DNA of 63,687 nt, counting the filler, from Atractiella rhizophila (taxonomy: Eukaryota): assembly GCA_021432655.1 (NCBI GenBank). It is 3 parts of 3 records of this genome, joined end to end, with 100 filler letters (N's around TTAATTAATTAA, not from the genome) between each part and the next. Parts side by side here need not be neighbours in the genome. Positions count along the whole stretch, not along the records: positions 1 to 30,384 come from MU271557.1; positions 30,485 to 55,537 come from MU271561.1; 1 more part is not named here. One strand, written 5' to 3'. A program made the position numbers and the translations under genes. Shown here one piece after another: positions 23,901 to 36,155 of the stretch. A model generated the notes under the pieces. It was not told the DNA's origin and searched no databases. It was given only the letters and a program-made list of their open reading frames with translations. How positions within the stretch are numbered: position 1 is the first letter of the stretch; each line of letters starts with the position of its first letter.

Positions 23901-26451
23901 TCGAGTGGGGTCTATTCAATGTCACCATTGGTGGTATGCAGTTCAGTCCGACCAGGAGACAGTCCTGACCCTTGTCCTGGACAGGCAATTTGATCGCTCC
24001 AAAGCCTGCTGCAGCGGTCTGTCATCGAGAGCATTATGACGCAGCCGCCTGCGCTGATGCTCAAGCAAACTGGGCTATCGACCAGTGGCAAGCAGATCAG
24101 CCGGGTGGATACGCCTACGGTGCTTTTAGCGACGGACTGGGTCCGAACAACTCTTGTCCTATCACTGGAGACATCGATTCGCCTTGTTCCCAAGGTGAGT
24201 AGTTGGAGCATATCCTTCCTTAAGTCGGTATGTTTATCTGGTGACGATTAGGTCAAGTTCCCGTTCTGGCTGCGAATGTCCAGAACAAAGCCCACATTGT
24301 CGCCAGTTTGCTCTTCGCTGCCACACACAACCTAAAGCTGCGAGTCAAGAACACAGGTGGGTTGGAACCTGCCAATCATCCGGAGTGAAAAGTCTGAAAG
24401 AAGCTCATGCAGGTCATACCTTGACTGGTCAGTCTCAAGGTACCGGGAGCTTTGCCATTTACACTCACAACCTCAAGGAGTAAAGTCCTTCCTTTCCCGA
24501 AGTTCTTCGAATTGAGTCGTTTTCTAGCATCAAGTTTGTTGACAACTTTGTTCCTTCCGGTTCGAAGAAAGGAGTTGGATCTGCCGTAACTTACCAAGCG
24601 GTTTGTCCTCCCCAACACTCGTATGAGCTAACCTGACTAGACTCACCTTTAGGGAGTCCAATTCTACGGTATGCATCCCTTCTCATCGGTGTGGACCATT
24701 CTGAAGTTCCTGCCAAGAGCTTTATCCTGCTGCTGGTACGGGTTCCGTTTCACTAATTGTTCTCTGGCAAAACTGACCTGCATTAGATGAGGCTGGTGTC
24801 ATCGTTATTGGCGGCTCTTGCGACAGCGTGCGTTGAATCTGGACCTCTTGATACTGTGCTGAGACGTTGAGCAGGTTGGCGGCGCTGGCGGGTACTGGCA
24901 AGGAGGTGGACATTCGTTAGTCCAATTCCTCCACACATTTATAACCCATTCAGACAAACGTGTTCCTTAAGACATCTCACTCCTCATTACGGATTGGGTC
25001 TTGACAATGTGGTACGTTGCAATTTCTCCTTGCTCAAGCCATTCTTGAAGTATGCACCAGCTCGAGTTCACTCTTATTACTGTGACTGGCGCCATTCTGA
25101 AGGTAAATGCGAACACGTACCCAGATCTTTGGTGGGCTGTCAGGGGTACGCCTTTCTAACGTCTCCACAGAACGGAAGTCTTATTTTTCTGTAGGCGGGG
25201 GTGGAGGAACATGGGGAGTAAGTTATTCTTTGGGCCGATCTGAACTTGCATTGAGATTATCATTTCACTTAGGTCATCTTCGATGTCACCTATAAGACTC
25301 ATCCCGCCCTCAAAAACATGCTGGCCATCAACTACCAATATACTATCCCCAACACCGACCTTTACGAGGCTTCCCTCAAATCATGGATTGACTTGACTCC
25401 GGTTTGCCTTTCCCATCGTCTCCTTCCTCGTTAACCAGTTGCACAGACGATGCGAGACTATGGCATGACGGACATCAGCGCCGCGGATCGTACCGCTCTC
25501 GTCATCCTGGGAACCGTGTTTCTCCCCAACGTGACGGACGTCTCTGCTGTCGACGAGGTTTTCGCTCCAATTTACCAGTTTGCGTCGGACAACAACGTCA
25601 CTTTCACTACGACATACAACCTTTATGATACCTACTGGGATATGGTCAAGAATGAGCCTTTGGCCACTCGCCCTGGTGGTCATGAGGATGCCGTCGTGTC
25701 TGCTGCACGGTTTGTGTTGTTCCCCCATCTCTTGGGCATGTAGAGATGATGATCTTCTTCAGACTTGCTCCCAGAAGCGCTTACGCGAACACTACAGCGC
25801 TGGCGAAGTTCCTCGCTGCCCTTCCTGCTACATATATGTTCGATAGTCAGTTTCTCTTCCCTCTTCCTAACTAGTTGTCTTACAGGTCTTCCGCAGCCCC
25901 TGGTGGAAAGGCAACAGAGTTCAGTGTTGACTCTGCTTCTGTCAATCCTGCGTGGAGAGGTGCTAACGGCGCTATTGCCGAATACATCTGGTGAGTTTGC
26001 TACATCATTCTGTATTTTCGCTCAAAATCAGTATAGGTATGAGGGATGGACAAACGCTGGACCTGCTTCGGAGCAGATTGCTGTCAGGCAGGGTGCCGTG
26101 GAGAAACTGAAGACATTGACTGAGATCATTGGATCTGATGCCGTCTATTCGAACGAAGCTAACCCCGTATGCATCACCTCTTCTACGCTTGCTGAAAAAG
26201 AACCTGATAGCGCTGTTTAGGATGAGGATTACTTCCCACACAACTTTTGGGGAAGCAACTACGATCGTCTTCTGCAGATCAAAAAGAAGTACGATCCCAA
26301 ACGGCTGTAAGTGTACCTTCTTCAATCCACAACTACACGCTAATTTAATTCTTCCAAGACTCACATGCAATGTCTGTGTAAGTTAGCTCCTACTTTCGCT
26401 AGTTTATAGAGAGCTGACACGACTGTTCAGGTCGGCTGGAATGGATATTGA
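23901..26451 (+). CDS. Berberine-bridge-enzyme-like FAD-linked oxidoreductase; N-terminus missing; many introns
   Basis: EWGLFNVTIG|GNLIAPKP, HNLKLRVKNT|GHTLTGQSQG, GGSCDSV, GGYWQGGGH, YGLGLDNV, PDLWWAVRG|GGGG, YSNEA, FWGSNYDRLLQIKKKYDP, ...VGWNGY*. The His and Cys expected for bicovalent FAD are both present. Confidence 0.9.
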
Positions 26452-27103
26452 TTATACCAAGGAAGTTTTCAAAGGCATCTGTACAGCCTTATAAATGTTT
26501 CATCTTTTATTCCCCTCGGTTCCATTATACCTTATCGTTTCGTCAAACCTGTCGTTTTGTTGCATTTTCAGAGCAAACGGTTCCTTAGCGGTTTTCTGAA
26601 GGAACACCTAAATCAAGCTGCATTTCACTTGTTACTGTGGTCCCTTGCCATAGCTGCCGCGGGCATCATCTTGCAATATCTATTGCGTTCATTCTCTTGC
26701 TCTTCATACTACCCAATCAGCTCCCGCAAACATAGCACGACGACATGATTGTATTCACCCCAGGCTTCTTGTTGGGGAACTGCACAGAAAGCTGACAGTG
26801 CTCAGGTCTGTTCAAATTCCGGTGGCAGGGGTTAGAATAACCAGGATGAATTTTGTCACAATCATCTACAACCTTCGTCCCAACGATCGAAGGGAATTTG
26901 GTATGGCAAGGTATGAAAAAGTCTGAACCAAAAACGGATGTGGGGGAGTAGTAAGGAATATGGATGGGGGTTGATGGACTATTTGATTATTTGGACCACG
27001 AACGGATGAAATGGGATGGATTGAAGGAGGGGGTGGTGGGAAATGACGAAGCACTGAGAATGCGACGAAGAACCGAATCGATATAGGAGAGAAGAAGAGG
27101 GAG

Positions 27104-27195
27104 ANNNNNNNNNNNNNNNNNNNNNNNNNNNNNNNNNNNNNNNNNNNNNNNNNNNNNNNNNNNNNNNNNNNNNNNNNNNNNNNNNNNNNNNNNNN
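27104..27195. other. Assembly gap. Other plain N-gaps lie near 28333-28357, 36063-36155, 52594-52618 and 56619-56643
   Basis: Runs of N. Confidence 0.98.
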
Positions 27196-27838
27196 NCGAA
27201 AGAGCAGGAGGAAGACGGTGGGAAGGAGCAATGTCATGGCCTTGCGATGACGATTCGATTAGGCAAAACTGTAGTTCTGGAAGCCTAAAGTATTAAGTGC
27301 CTCTCCTGCGGTTACTGAGTCAATTCTTCGTAATCGTGCTCAGAGAGCTTGTAGACTGGTCGTGTAAATCGTCGTTCAAGTAGCTGTTTGTATTGGTGAA
27401 AGTGCCAGGCAAATCTTATCCAATGGCCACGTTGTCGCATCGTTGATCACAGTGGTCACGTGATTGCGAGACTTCTTTCTTAACTTCCCAGGACTATCAC
27501 CCGTTTCTTGCTCTTGCTTTTATATAGGTCTATGTCCTTGTTAGAGAGTGTTCCTAACTCCAAAGGCATACAACCTCAACTTGAGCGAACATCGAAAATT
27601 AGCACTATTCAGAGTTTGCAGATTGGCTCATGGGCTTTATAGCAATCATTAGCAATATAGCGATGAGGCATAAGACAGTATTACACTACCCAAAAACAAC
27701 GCAACATCTAGAGATATAGGCATTACAGACAAGAAATCTGGAAGTCCGCATAACAACATCCCTGACTGACAGTACTTGGATAGTTAGATAGAACGAACTT
27801 CACCTCCAAACCAATGTATATATTGAATCAAATCCAGG

Positions 27839-28330
27839 TCAAACCGAAACCTTTGGTAGTTCCTCAAAACCTATCCTCGCTTTCCTCGGAATATGCGCTC
27901 CTCTAAAGCCCATGCCTCTGGCCACGTCCCTAACTTTCTCACACCATCGTTCCTCCCATTCGGACCACTCCTCCTCGTCTCTGACCTCCCACTTTCCTTT
28001 CCTTGCTTCTTCCACCCCTTCGACCCATTCTAGCAACTTCCCTCCCTCTACCATTCGGCCCAGCTTTTCCAAATTCTTCTCGGCTGCCCACTTGGAAAAG
28101 ATGGCACGATCTAGGTGCGCGTACACAGTTAGGTGAGAGGAAGAGGGATGGCCGTGGATGAAGAGGGAGAGGACTTCCGGAAGTTCTTCAGCCTGGCAAA
28201 GGAGTGCGGAGAGGGAGGGAGGATGTATGTAAGTTAAAGATAGGGAAGGTTTGAAGTGCTCCTTCGTTCTGGCACGGACATAGTTTATTATAATTTCTCA
28301 GAGATGAGATTCGGGAAGAACTCACCTGCC
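27839..28330 (-). CDS. 3' end of an unidentified gene, cut by the gap at about 28333
   Basis: Open frame ...EELPEVLSLFIHGHP...EKVRDVARGMGFRGAHIPRKARIGFEELPKVSV* with an intron-like GTGAG donor upstream. No family recognised. Confidence 0.5.
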
Positions 28331-28435
28331 AANNNNNNNNNNNNNNNNNNNNNNNNNTAATCATGAATGCACAATTCAGCTTCCCTAGAACGCTTGCAGG
28401 CCAGCAAATGGAGAAGAGGTACCTTCAATACCACA

Positions 28436-29854
28436 CTAATCCCGTACCAAGCTCAGCATTCTGCACGGACCCAAAATAAAACTGAGAGAGAAGAGGGACG
28501 CACCTATTCTTCTCCCTGCCTCGGCTCCACCTTTCTCTAGCGCTAACGGACCAGCGGAGTCTGACATGTCTACCTGAGCTAAAGTTGAAGTTGAAGAGCG
28601 TCGTGAAGATGGAGCTGTAGAAGTGGGGTGGTGAGTACTGCTCTTCTTGGCTATCCAGCGCCGCAAAGAATCTAATGGTAGTAGGAGAACTAGGAGGACT
28701 AGATAAAAACGATGCCAGCGGACATTCTGAGCGAAGGGATAGATAATATTGTAGGAAGGTAAAAGAGTAGAAGTTGACTGGCGCGTCACGACTGATTCGT
28801 GTATGAGAATAAGGAGCTCGAGCCCCGACGACTTCACATCAACACAGCTCAGATGGCCACAAGAGATGCAGCACATGGCTCCTCGTCACCTTAAATGCGA
28901 CGTCCTTTCCCTTTGGTGCGAATCAGAAAGGACAAAGAGGCGTACCTGAGAGTCCCTTCCTATAACATGAAACCCCACCGAAAACGCTTGCGATATCCTA
29001 CCTGGTATACTCTAACCACCCACACACTCGGTTGCTGAGCTGGAGTGACGCTTGCTGCTGGTGAGTCGAGTGATGGAGATGGCGGGAGGATGCTTAAATC
29101 TCCAAGCTCGGGTCCGACAACGCGGTGTGAAACGTCGACCAAGGGATTTGCCGATGTCTCGGACTGGAAAAAGGAGGCTGGATTCGAGGTGCTCAGCGTA
29201 AGAGTATTAGAGGTCCCCTTGAGCGCGCGGTGGAAGAAGTGAGTCTTTGGCTGCAAAGAGGTGATCTTGATATCGAGGACCGGGTTTGTGGATTGGCTTA
29301 TTGACGCCCTTTCGAAGGCGATTGGAGGCGTTAACAATCTTTTCCGAGGAAGCTAAAACATTGGGGAGCTTTCACATACTGTCGATGTGAGGTGGACCAG
29401 CATTGTTTACTTTCGTGCTTCGTGCAACCGATCTTTGCCGATAGGTCATCCTGGGCCACCTGCAGGGCTATCTGCGAAAAACATGGCACACTGCGGCTCT
29501 GTATAGCAGCTCTACTTTGTATATACATCCTGGCGTTGTCAGTTGGGTCATCCCATAGTGCGACTTCTTTTTGTCCCATCGTAGTGATTCAAGACGACCA
29601 CAGTAACCAACGATGGTCTTCCCATGAGCTTCCCCATATCTGCTCGATGAGTGTATACGAACCGCACAGATCTTACTCTTACCGTAGCCTTTCCTCCTGC
29701 AGCTCCCTCCCAAAAGCTGATCAATATCACGGGTGAGAGGAAGGACGCAGACATCGTCCTCATCTTCTCTTGCTGAACCCACAGCCTGGTCGTTCAGCAT
29801 GATTATGCAAATGACGCTTTCGCTAACTCTTTCATTCAACTCTGCAGCTGCCAA
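28436..29854 (-). CDS. Unidentified multi-exon gene, possibly a membrane protein; boundaries uncertain
   Basis: Series of protein-like minus-strand frames with splice signals and a hydrophobic stretch (FYLVLLVLLLPL) near the 3' end. Confidence 0.35.
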
Positions 29855-30384
29855 TCGTGCATAATCCCAAACTATTGTTCCTCACCGAAGGATGGCACAT
29901 AAAATGCAAGTGGCCACGTAAAATGACATGGACAATCGTGGTCACATGTCATCACCATCCATTGACTATCCCTTCCTACCCCTCCCCTCGTCCTCTTCGA
30001 CCTTGTCCAGCAGCTAAAGCTTTAATTCCACTTGAACACAGTGATCTAGCGAATAAACTTAGAAAAGAGCCTGGCGGAGACTTGAATGCGACCATTGCGA
30101 GTGATGAGGTAGATGTGAGCCAGACTGCCCCAGTGCCTTTTCCACGTCGATGATCTGCTCGGGACTTAGGTACCTGAATGTTCAAGTGAAGCTGGGCATT
30201 GGGTTGGAATCTTCAGCCGTCATTTTGACCCAGTGTAATCCTGTTTCGACATAAAAAATATGGACTGGAGAAACCTCACTCCTCATACCGTTCCAAGTGC
30301 AATGGAATAATGTCTAGCACAATCACATTCATTCCATCTCAATAACACTCGAAAGCTAAGACACACATCGACTCGCCAACGATA

Positions 30385-30484
30385 NNNNNNNNNNNNNNNN
30401 NNNNNNNNNNNNNNNNNNNNNNNNNNNNTTAATTAATTAANNNNNNNNNNNNNNNNNNNNNNNNNNNNNNNNNNNNNNNNNNNN
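30385..30484. other. Artificial contig linker 44N-TTAATTAATTAA-44N
   Basis: Exactly 100 nt; the palindromic 12-mer places stops in all six frames. Confidence 0.95.
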
Positions 30485-31067
30485 CCCCGAGAGAGGTCGT
30501 AACTGAAGGAGTAAAGGGCTGGGGAGCTCCAAGTCGTCGCGTACACGATATTTGTAGACAGGGAAGGTGCAAGAAACTGATGAGGTCCATGAGCGGGAAT
30601 GGTGGATTTCAAGGTGAGGGAACGGAGTGAAGGCGAGAAGGCGAGGAGGTAGAGAGATGCGGATTTGAAAGAGCCGCTTAGAATGTGGATAGCTTCTTGA
30701 TATTTTGTTAGAGTGGATAAATAGAATCAGGAAAAGCACCTCGAGAGGTCAGAGATGTGCCTGCTTCCTAAACCCCAACGTTAGGAATTTGTGTTCGGCT
30801 TCTCAAACCGCACTCACACAGATTCCAGCCATTTCTCCTGTTTTTCCTACAAATATAAAGTCCGTTGTTTAGTGGTGTGAGCTACCGCTTTATTCGCAAC
30901 AGATTGTGACCAAGCTGGGACAGAACTCTGCAGTGTCCTAAGAGATGTCGCCGTTTATGAGATCACTTTGCCATTCGGATCAACTTTCTTCCTTCATCTA
31001 CTGATGTTTGGCTTTGGCAACGTTATATAAATCGGGTCAGTAAAGGGCAAGCACCCAGGAAGTCGAG

Positions 31068-34000
31068 ATGCCACGTATTCCTTACGCTTACCCTGCCCAA
31101 GGAACATCAGCCATTGCAGACGCTATCCGTGCTCGTCGTGGCGCTCGCGGATTGACTCCCCTCGATGGAGCACTGTTGAATGCCCCAGAAATCGCCGTAC
31201 GCTTTCATCATTCACACATATGGATAAGAAGGAATGATCATTATTGTTTAACGACAGGGCGGATGGAATCAGCTGCTCGGAGCTGTGAGAACTAAATCCA
31301 AGCTGCCGGGAGGGATACGGGAGATCCTGGTATGTTTCGTTTGAGAACATCTCCATGTTGCTGAGTTGATTTGTGCAGGTCCTGAGAGTTGCAGCGCTGA
31401 ATAAAGCTTACTTCGAATGGATCCATCACTATCCCGTCGCCCAGCAAGAAGGAGTTTCCGTTCCAGTCCTCTCTCATATCAGGGATACTACCAGAGCTCC
31501 TCCTGTCTCGTCTCCCCTCGATGGGCTCCAGCGTGCAGCGGTGGCCTTCGCAGATGCGTCCACTGTCAATGCCTCTGTTCCCTCTGCCGTCTTTGAGGCA
31601 CTCAAGAAAGAGCTCGGAGACGATCAACAGATGACGGAGGCAGCTGCGACCGTAGCCACGTACAATATGGTCTCCCGCTTCCTTGTGGCGATGGACGTGG
31701 ACGATGCGGCAGGCAAGAGTTTGCCTTATCCTGGAACGTTGAGGGAGGAGAAGAGGGTGAAAACCCAGGATGGAGAAGAGTTGTTCGTGGTTACGCACAG
31801 TAAGGAGGGGGAGGAGAGAAAGTGGATCCTCCTCGTCAATTCCTTGCTTACCAACCTGTCGATGTGGGACGATGCCATCTCCAGGTTGGTTCAGAGTTAC
31901 AATGTAATCACTTACGATCAAAGGGGTCACGGTCAAGTTAGTCTGTTCTCCCTTTCTTTGCTTACATGAGATAACGATGATCTTGTTGGATAAGTCTTCC
32001 ATCCCGAAGGAACCATGCACGATTGAATCACTTTCAAACGACATAACCGCCATCCTATCTTCCTTATCCATCTCGCACCTGCACTCCTTAATCGGTATCT
32101 CCCAAGGTGGCGCCACCGTGCTTCACTACGCCGCCTCACATCCCTCCACAATCTCCTCAGCTATCGTCTGTGACACCCAAATCGTCTCTCCTGCAGCGAA
32201 CGCAAAGGCTTGGAACGAACGCATCGCTCTTGCCAAATCAGAAGGCATGGTCGCCCTCTCCGAAGCGACGATCAAACGCTGGTTCCCTCTCAACTCAGCA
32301 TACGTCGAAGGCAACAAATCGCATGTCGTGCGCGCCATGATCGAAGGGACATCGGCGGAGGGGTTCGAGAAAGGTGCGCGCGCGTTACAGGGTTATGATT
32401 TGAGCGCTGGATCTTTGCGACTCTGAAAGTCCTCCTGAATCCCTCCCCATCTTCCGTCGACTCCAAACTGGTCGACTTGCAGCTGCTTTGTGCTCTTGGC
32501 GACCATCTTCTAGAGGTTGCTTCAATTGATATGCCGCTCAGACTGCGTTATGGGCCAGATATACCCATCTCATGGACAGCTTATTGGGCGTTGAAGCAGG
32601 ATAACACCCCACTAGGAGAATTTGTTGATGTGAGCATCCTCCTGAAACAAGCGTCCGCTTTTAATTCCAAGTAAAGATCTGGATCGCTTTGTCTCTTGCG
32701 AGATCTGCAACAGTCTCTCCGCATTCGGTAGCTTCTTCCTCCTGAAGCTATGGTGTGGTTCATATTGAAATAACGGACTAGGCCATCCTAGGTTCGCAAG
32801 CCCTACAACACATCCCTCAGGAAAGTCTTACAGGCCAATTACTTGACCTTCGACCTAAAGGTAACGACGTATTTCTGCCACCTTATACTTACGTATGCAT
32901 ATTGTTGCACAGGACTGGCTCGTCATCAGGCACAAATGGTTCTAGTTAATAGACTAATCGAGAACGCAACAGATCAGACTTCTCCACTACACAAACCGTC
33001 ATTCCAATCACTTTCGCTCCTCTTAAGCATCCTTCATCTGATACGCTACTATCCGAAGCCTGAACTCGTCCGACTTCTGTTTCAAATGACGTTGTCACAC
33101 ATTAAAAACCTGCGAGTCCTGTTCCCGGATCAGGCGGAATCCCTCGTGAGGAACCAGTTTGAGAGCCTTATCGTCTGCATTTTCTTGAGACCTCCTGTAT
33201 TGACGACTGATGACAGTTTTAGGAGCTGGATGGGGACTTCTTCACCAAATTTAACTATCCGCCGATCATGTATTTCAATTTTTGATATCTGCCACCTTAT
33301 ACTTACGTATGCATATTGTTGCACAGGACTGGCTCGTCATCAGGCACAAATGGTTCTAGTTAATAGACTAATCGAGAACGCAACAGATCAGACTTCTCCA
33401 CTACACAAACCGTCATTCCAATCACTTTCGCTCCTCTTAAGCATCCTTCATCTGATACGCTACTATCCGAAGCCTGAACTCGTCCGACTTCTGTTTCAGA
33501 TGACCTTGTCACACATTAAAAACCTGCGAGTCCTGTTCCCGGATCAGGCGGAATCCCTGGTGAGGAACCAGTTTGAGAGCCTTATCGTCTGCATTTTCTT
33601 GAGACCTCCTGTATTGACGACTGATGACAGTTTTAGGAGCTGGATGGGGACTTCTTCACCAAATTTAACTATCCGCCGATCATGTATTTCAATTTTTGAT
33701 TGGCTTCGACATTTGCTTACACGGAGTAGTCAGGATTCGCACCTACAGGAATACTTTTCGCTTCCGGGATACGAGGCTAGACACTTCATGGATCCGTCTT
33801 CATTTGTGCACAACGAACCGTCTCATTCTATCCGCAGTGGTAGTTTTGAGAATGGATATTGGGGTCACCTCTACAGTGTAAAACGGAAACTAATCTTCCT
33901 GCGTCCGTTCCTCCTCCCTCCGTCGTAGAAAATGTCTCTGATGATCACACCAGGACAACGCTGTACGATGAATGAAACCAAACAAACAGAGATGGAAGAC

Positions 34001-35260
34001 GCACTGTCTGAAATGCACGCTCTTCTCCTTTGGTTCCGCAGATGGCGCTGGACCAACTTTAAACCTGTCGAGCCTGTCCCATCAAGCGAATCTCCAATTT
34101 TCGTCGGTCCCAACGGAGAAGAACCTATTGCTCTCTCAATGATAATCGAATCTGAAGAGGCGGCCAACATTTATATGACGGCAAATTTGGTCGATGACAT
34201 CTTGAGCAGATTTCCTAGGAGCAAAGTGCTCAGAAGGTTGAGGAAGCAACTCGGAGCACTGTGTGATGAGAAGATTCTGTCAACGCTGAGGTATGCGTGT
34301 TGGCTGATGGATGTTAGAAAGGAGACTGTGGATGCGACTTGCCCACTCCTTTTTTCTACTCTCACCCACAAGCTCAAACCTGTTCTTACCCTCGATCTCT
34401 TGCCGGGGGGATTGCGCTACATAGCTCATTGGCAAACTCGATATCCAGCACAAAAGCAACTCTTCGATAGGTTTGTTTCTATCCACAGTCACATTCACGT
34501 TTCTCTCTTCTAATTTATTGGAGTAGGTTGGTGCCTATCCTCAACCACCTGGCTTACGGAGGGAAACGATCTGCTGAGAGAACCTACGAGTATGAGAGTG
34601 AACTCCGAATTATGCAGGTTCGATTGAGGTCTCCATTTGACTCTTTCTGACAAGTGGAGTCAGCAAAACGTCCAGATTCCAAGTCCCGAACCTTCAAATG
34701 CCTCAACTTCCTCTCCCGAATCGCCAGACGTATCGCACTTCGCGGAAAGTTTGGCGCAACCGCTCTTCGAAGTGTATCACACTGGCCAAGCCAGCCCAGG
34801 TAGCTCAGAGAGGTCTAGCCGACCAACATCACCGACAATTTCGGATTTCGCTCAAACACTTTCTGAGATCCTTCCATCAGCTTCTTAATTTTTTTCTATC
34901 TGTACTAATGCATGAGTAGCCTTTCTGTGCAATTATATGCCTCCGTGTCCTGACCTCATAAAATCGCATGTCGTGCGCGCCATGATCGAAGGGACATCGG
35001 CGGAGGGGTTCGAGAAAGGTGCGCGCGCGTTACAGGGTTATGATTTGAGCGCTGGGGTGGAAGAATTGAAGAAAGTCAGGATCCTTCTGTCTGCGGGTGA
35101 GAGGGATGGTAAATTGCCCGAGGGATTGAATAGCTTGAAGGCGACGTTAGGGGAGAATGCCAGCTTTACACTGATCGAGGCGTCTGGACATTTGCCTCCT
35201 ATTGAGAGGCCTGGCGCGTGGTGCGATGTTGTGGAGAGGTTTTTGCAGGAGATCAAGTGA
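31068..35260 (+). CDS. Fusion of an AhpD/carboxymuconolactone decarboxylase-like domain and a 3-oxoadipate enol-lactonase-like alpha/beta hydrolase; interrupted by insert 32411-34960
   Basis: N-domain: AIRARRG..LTPLDGALLNAP, LRVAALNKAYFEWIHH, TVATYNMVSRFLVAMDV. In-frame C-domain: LLVNSLLTNLSMWD, YDQRGHG, GISQGG, TIKRWFP. It resumes at 34961 with GERDG...SGHLPPIERP, ending at 35260. Confidence 0.85.
32411..34960 (+). other. 2550-nt insert carrying the 3' part of an unrelated intron-containing gene (ends ...EILPSAS* at 34888), bounded by identical 95-nt direct repeats
   Basis: 32316-32410 equals 34961-35055. The insert starts mid-frame (IFATLKVLL...) and shows no transposase or RT motifs. Confidence 0.8.
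32874..33700. repeat. Near-identical tandem duplication, 414-nt unit
   Basis: 32874-33286 versus 33288-33700, visible as a doubled peptide in ORF 32843..33928. The unit starts inside an intron and differs by a few synonymous SNPs. Confidence 0.95.
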
Positions 35261-36155
35261 AGCTTACGAACAATGCGATATGAGATATGAGATCTTAAAA
35301 GCCCGTGTACGAACAATTCAGATGAAATAAACATTAAGAGTGTTCAAATACTCTGTTGTACCTGATATCAATTGCGGTATTGCTCATTGCTGACGCTGAC
35401 GCCGTTTTACATCGAGGTTCATGCATCCATAGAGAACAGGTTTGTTACAACGTAAATAATTATCTTCCGGTGGATTCCATGGTATGAGTATGCTGATCTG
35501 AAAACATCTTCGTAATAGCAGCTGAGGCACGAAAATGAAGCTCCATGCTTCGATGCTGCTGTTTAATGACACGCAAAGCAAAATCTCATTCCCATACGAC
35601 CCATTAACATGAGATCTGAGATCTCTCGCTGACTAGAAACAGACGGGTCAAAGTTTTTCCGGCAAGCCACGTTGCCAAATTGTCAACATCCAACGTCGGA
35701 TATCCATCAACAGCAGGCAGAAGACGTTGGACAACTCCAGTGCTGTCCAAAGCGAGGTGTATCGTGCCCTCAGCATTCACGAAGATTGAAATAAGCAGCA
35801 CATTTCGCACTGTTGGAAATAACGCCAAAATGGCAGCATTCATTCTCAAACCTATCGCGACCTTTATCGGGGTCACAGGTGCGTCTCTACATAACATTTA
35901 CTGCACTTTTTATTGACGATATTCACCTCGGTAAGGTGCACCGTTACATCCCCTTTTCCCAGTTCCAATAGCTATGTTCCTCCATGCCTCCCGCATATCC
36001 TTCGTCTTCCGTCATCGAACACAGGGCAAGAACCTCCCATGGACTCAGGAACTAGCCGGATTNNNNNNNNNNNNNNNNNNNNNNNNNNNNNNNNNNNNNN
36101 NNNNNNNNNNNNNNNNNNNNNNNNNNNNNNNNNNNNNNNNNNNNNNNNNNNNNNN

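Noticed and set aside
22765..26451. Secondary-metabolite cluster around the FAD oxidase
   Set aside because: No PKS, NRPS, terpene synthase, transporter or regulator nearby.
26866..27237. ORF spanning the N-gap with a signal-peptide-like start
   Set aside because: The frame across unknown bases cannot be trusted; only 13 codons precede the gap.
30429..30440. TTAATTAATTAA palindrome as a biological site (e.g. piggyBac target)
   Set aside because: It is centred in symmetric 44-N runs and repeated at 55582-55593, so it is a synthetic linker.
35384..36062. Minus-strand gene fragment next to the gap
   Set aside because: Protein-like, but no identifiable motif and cut by Ns.
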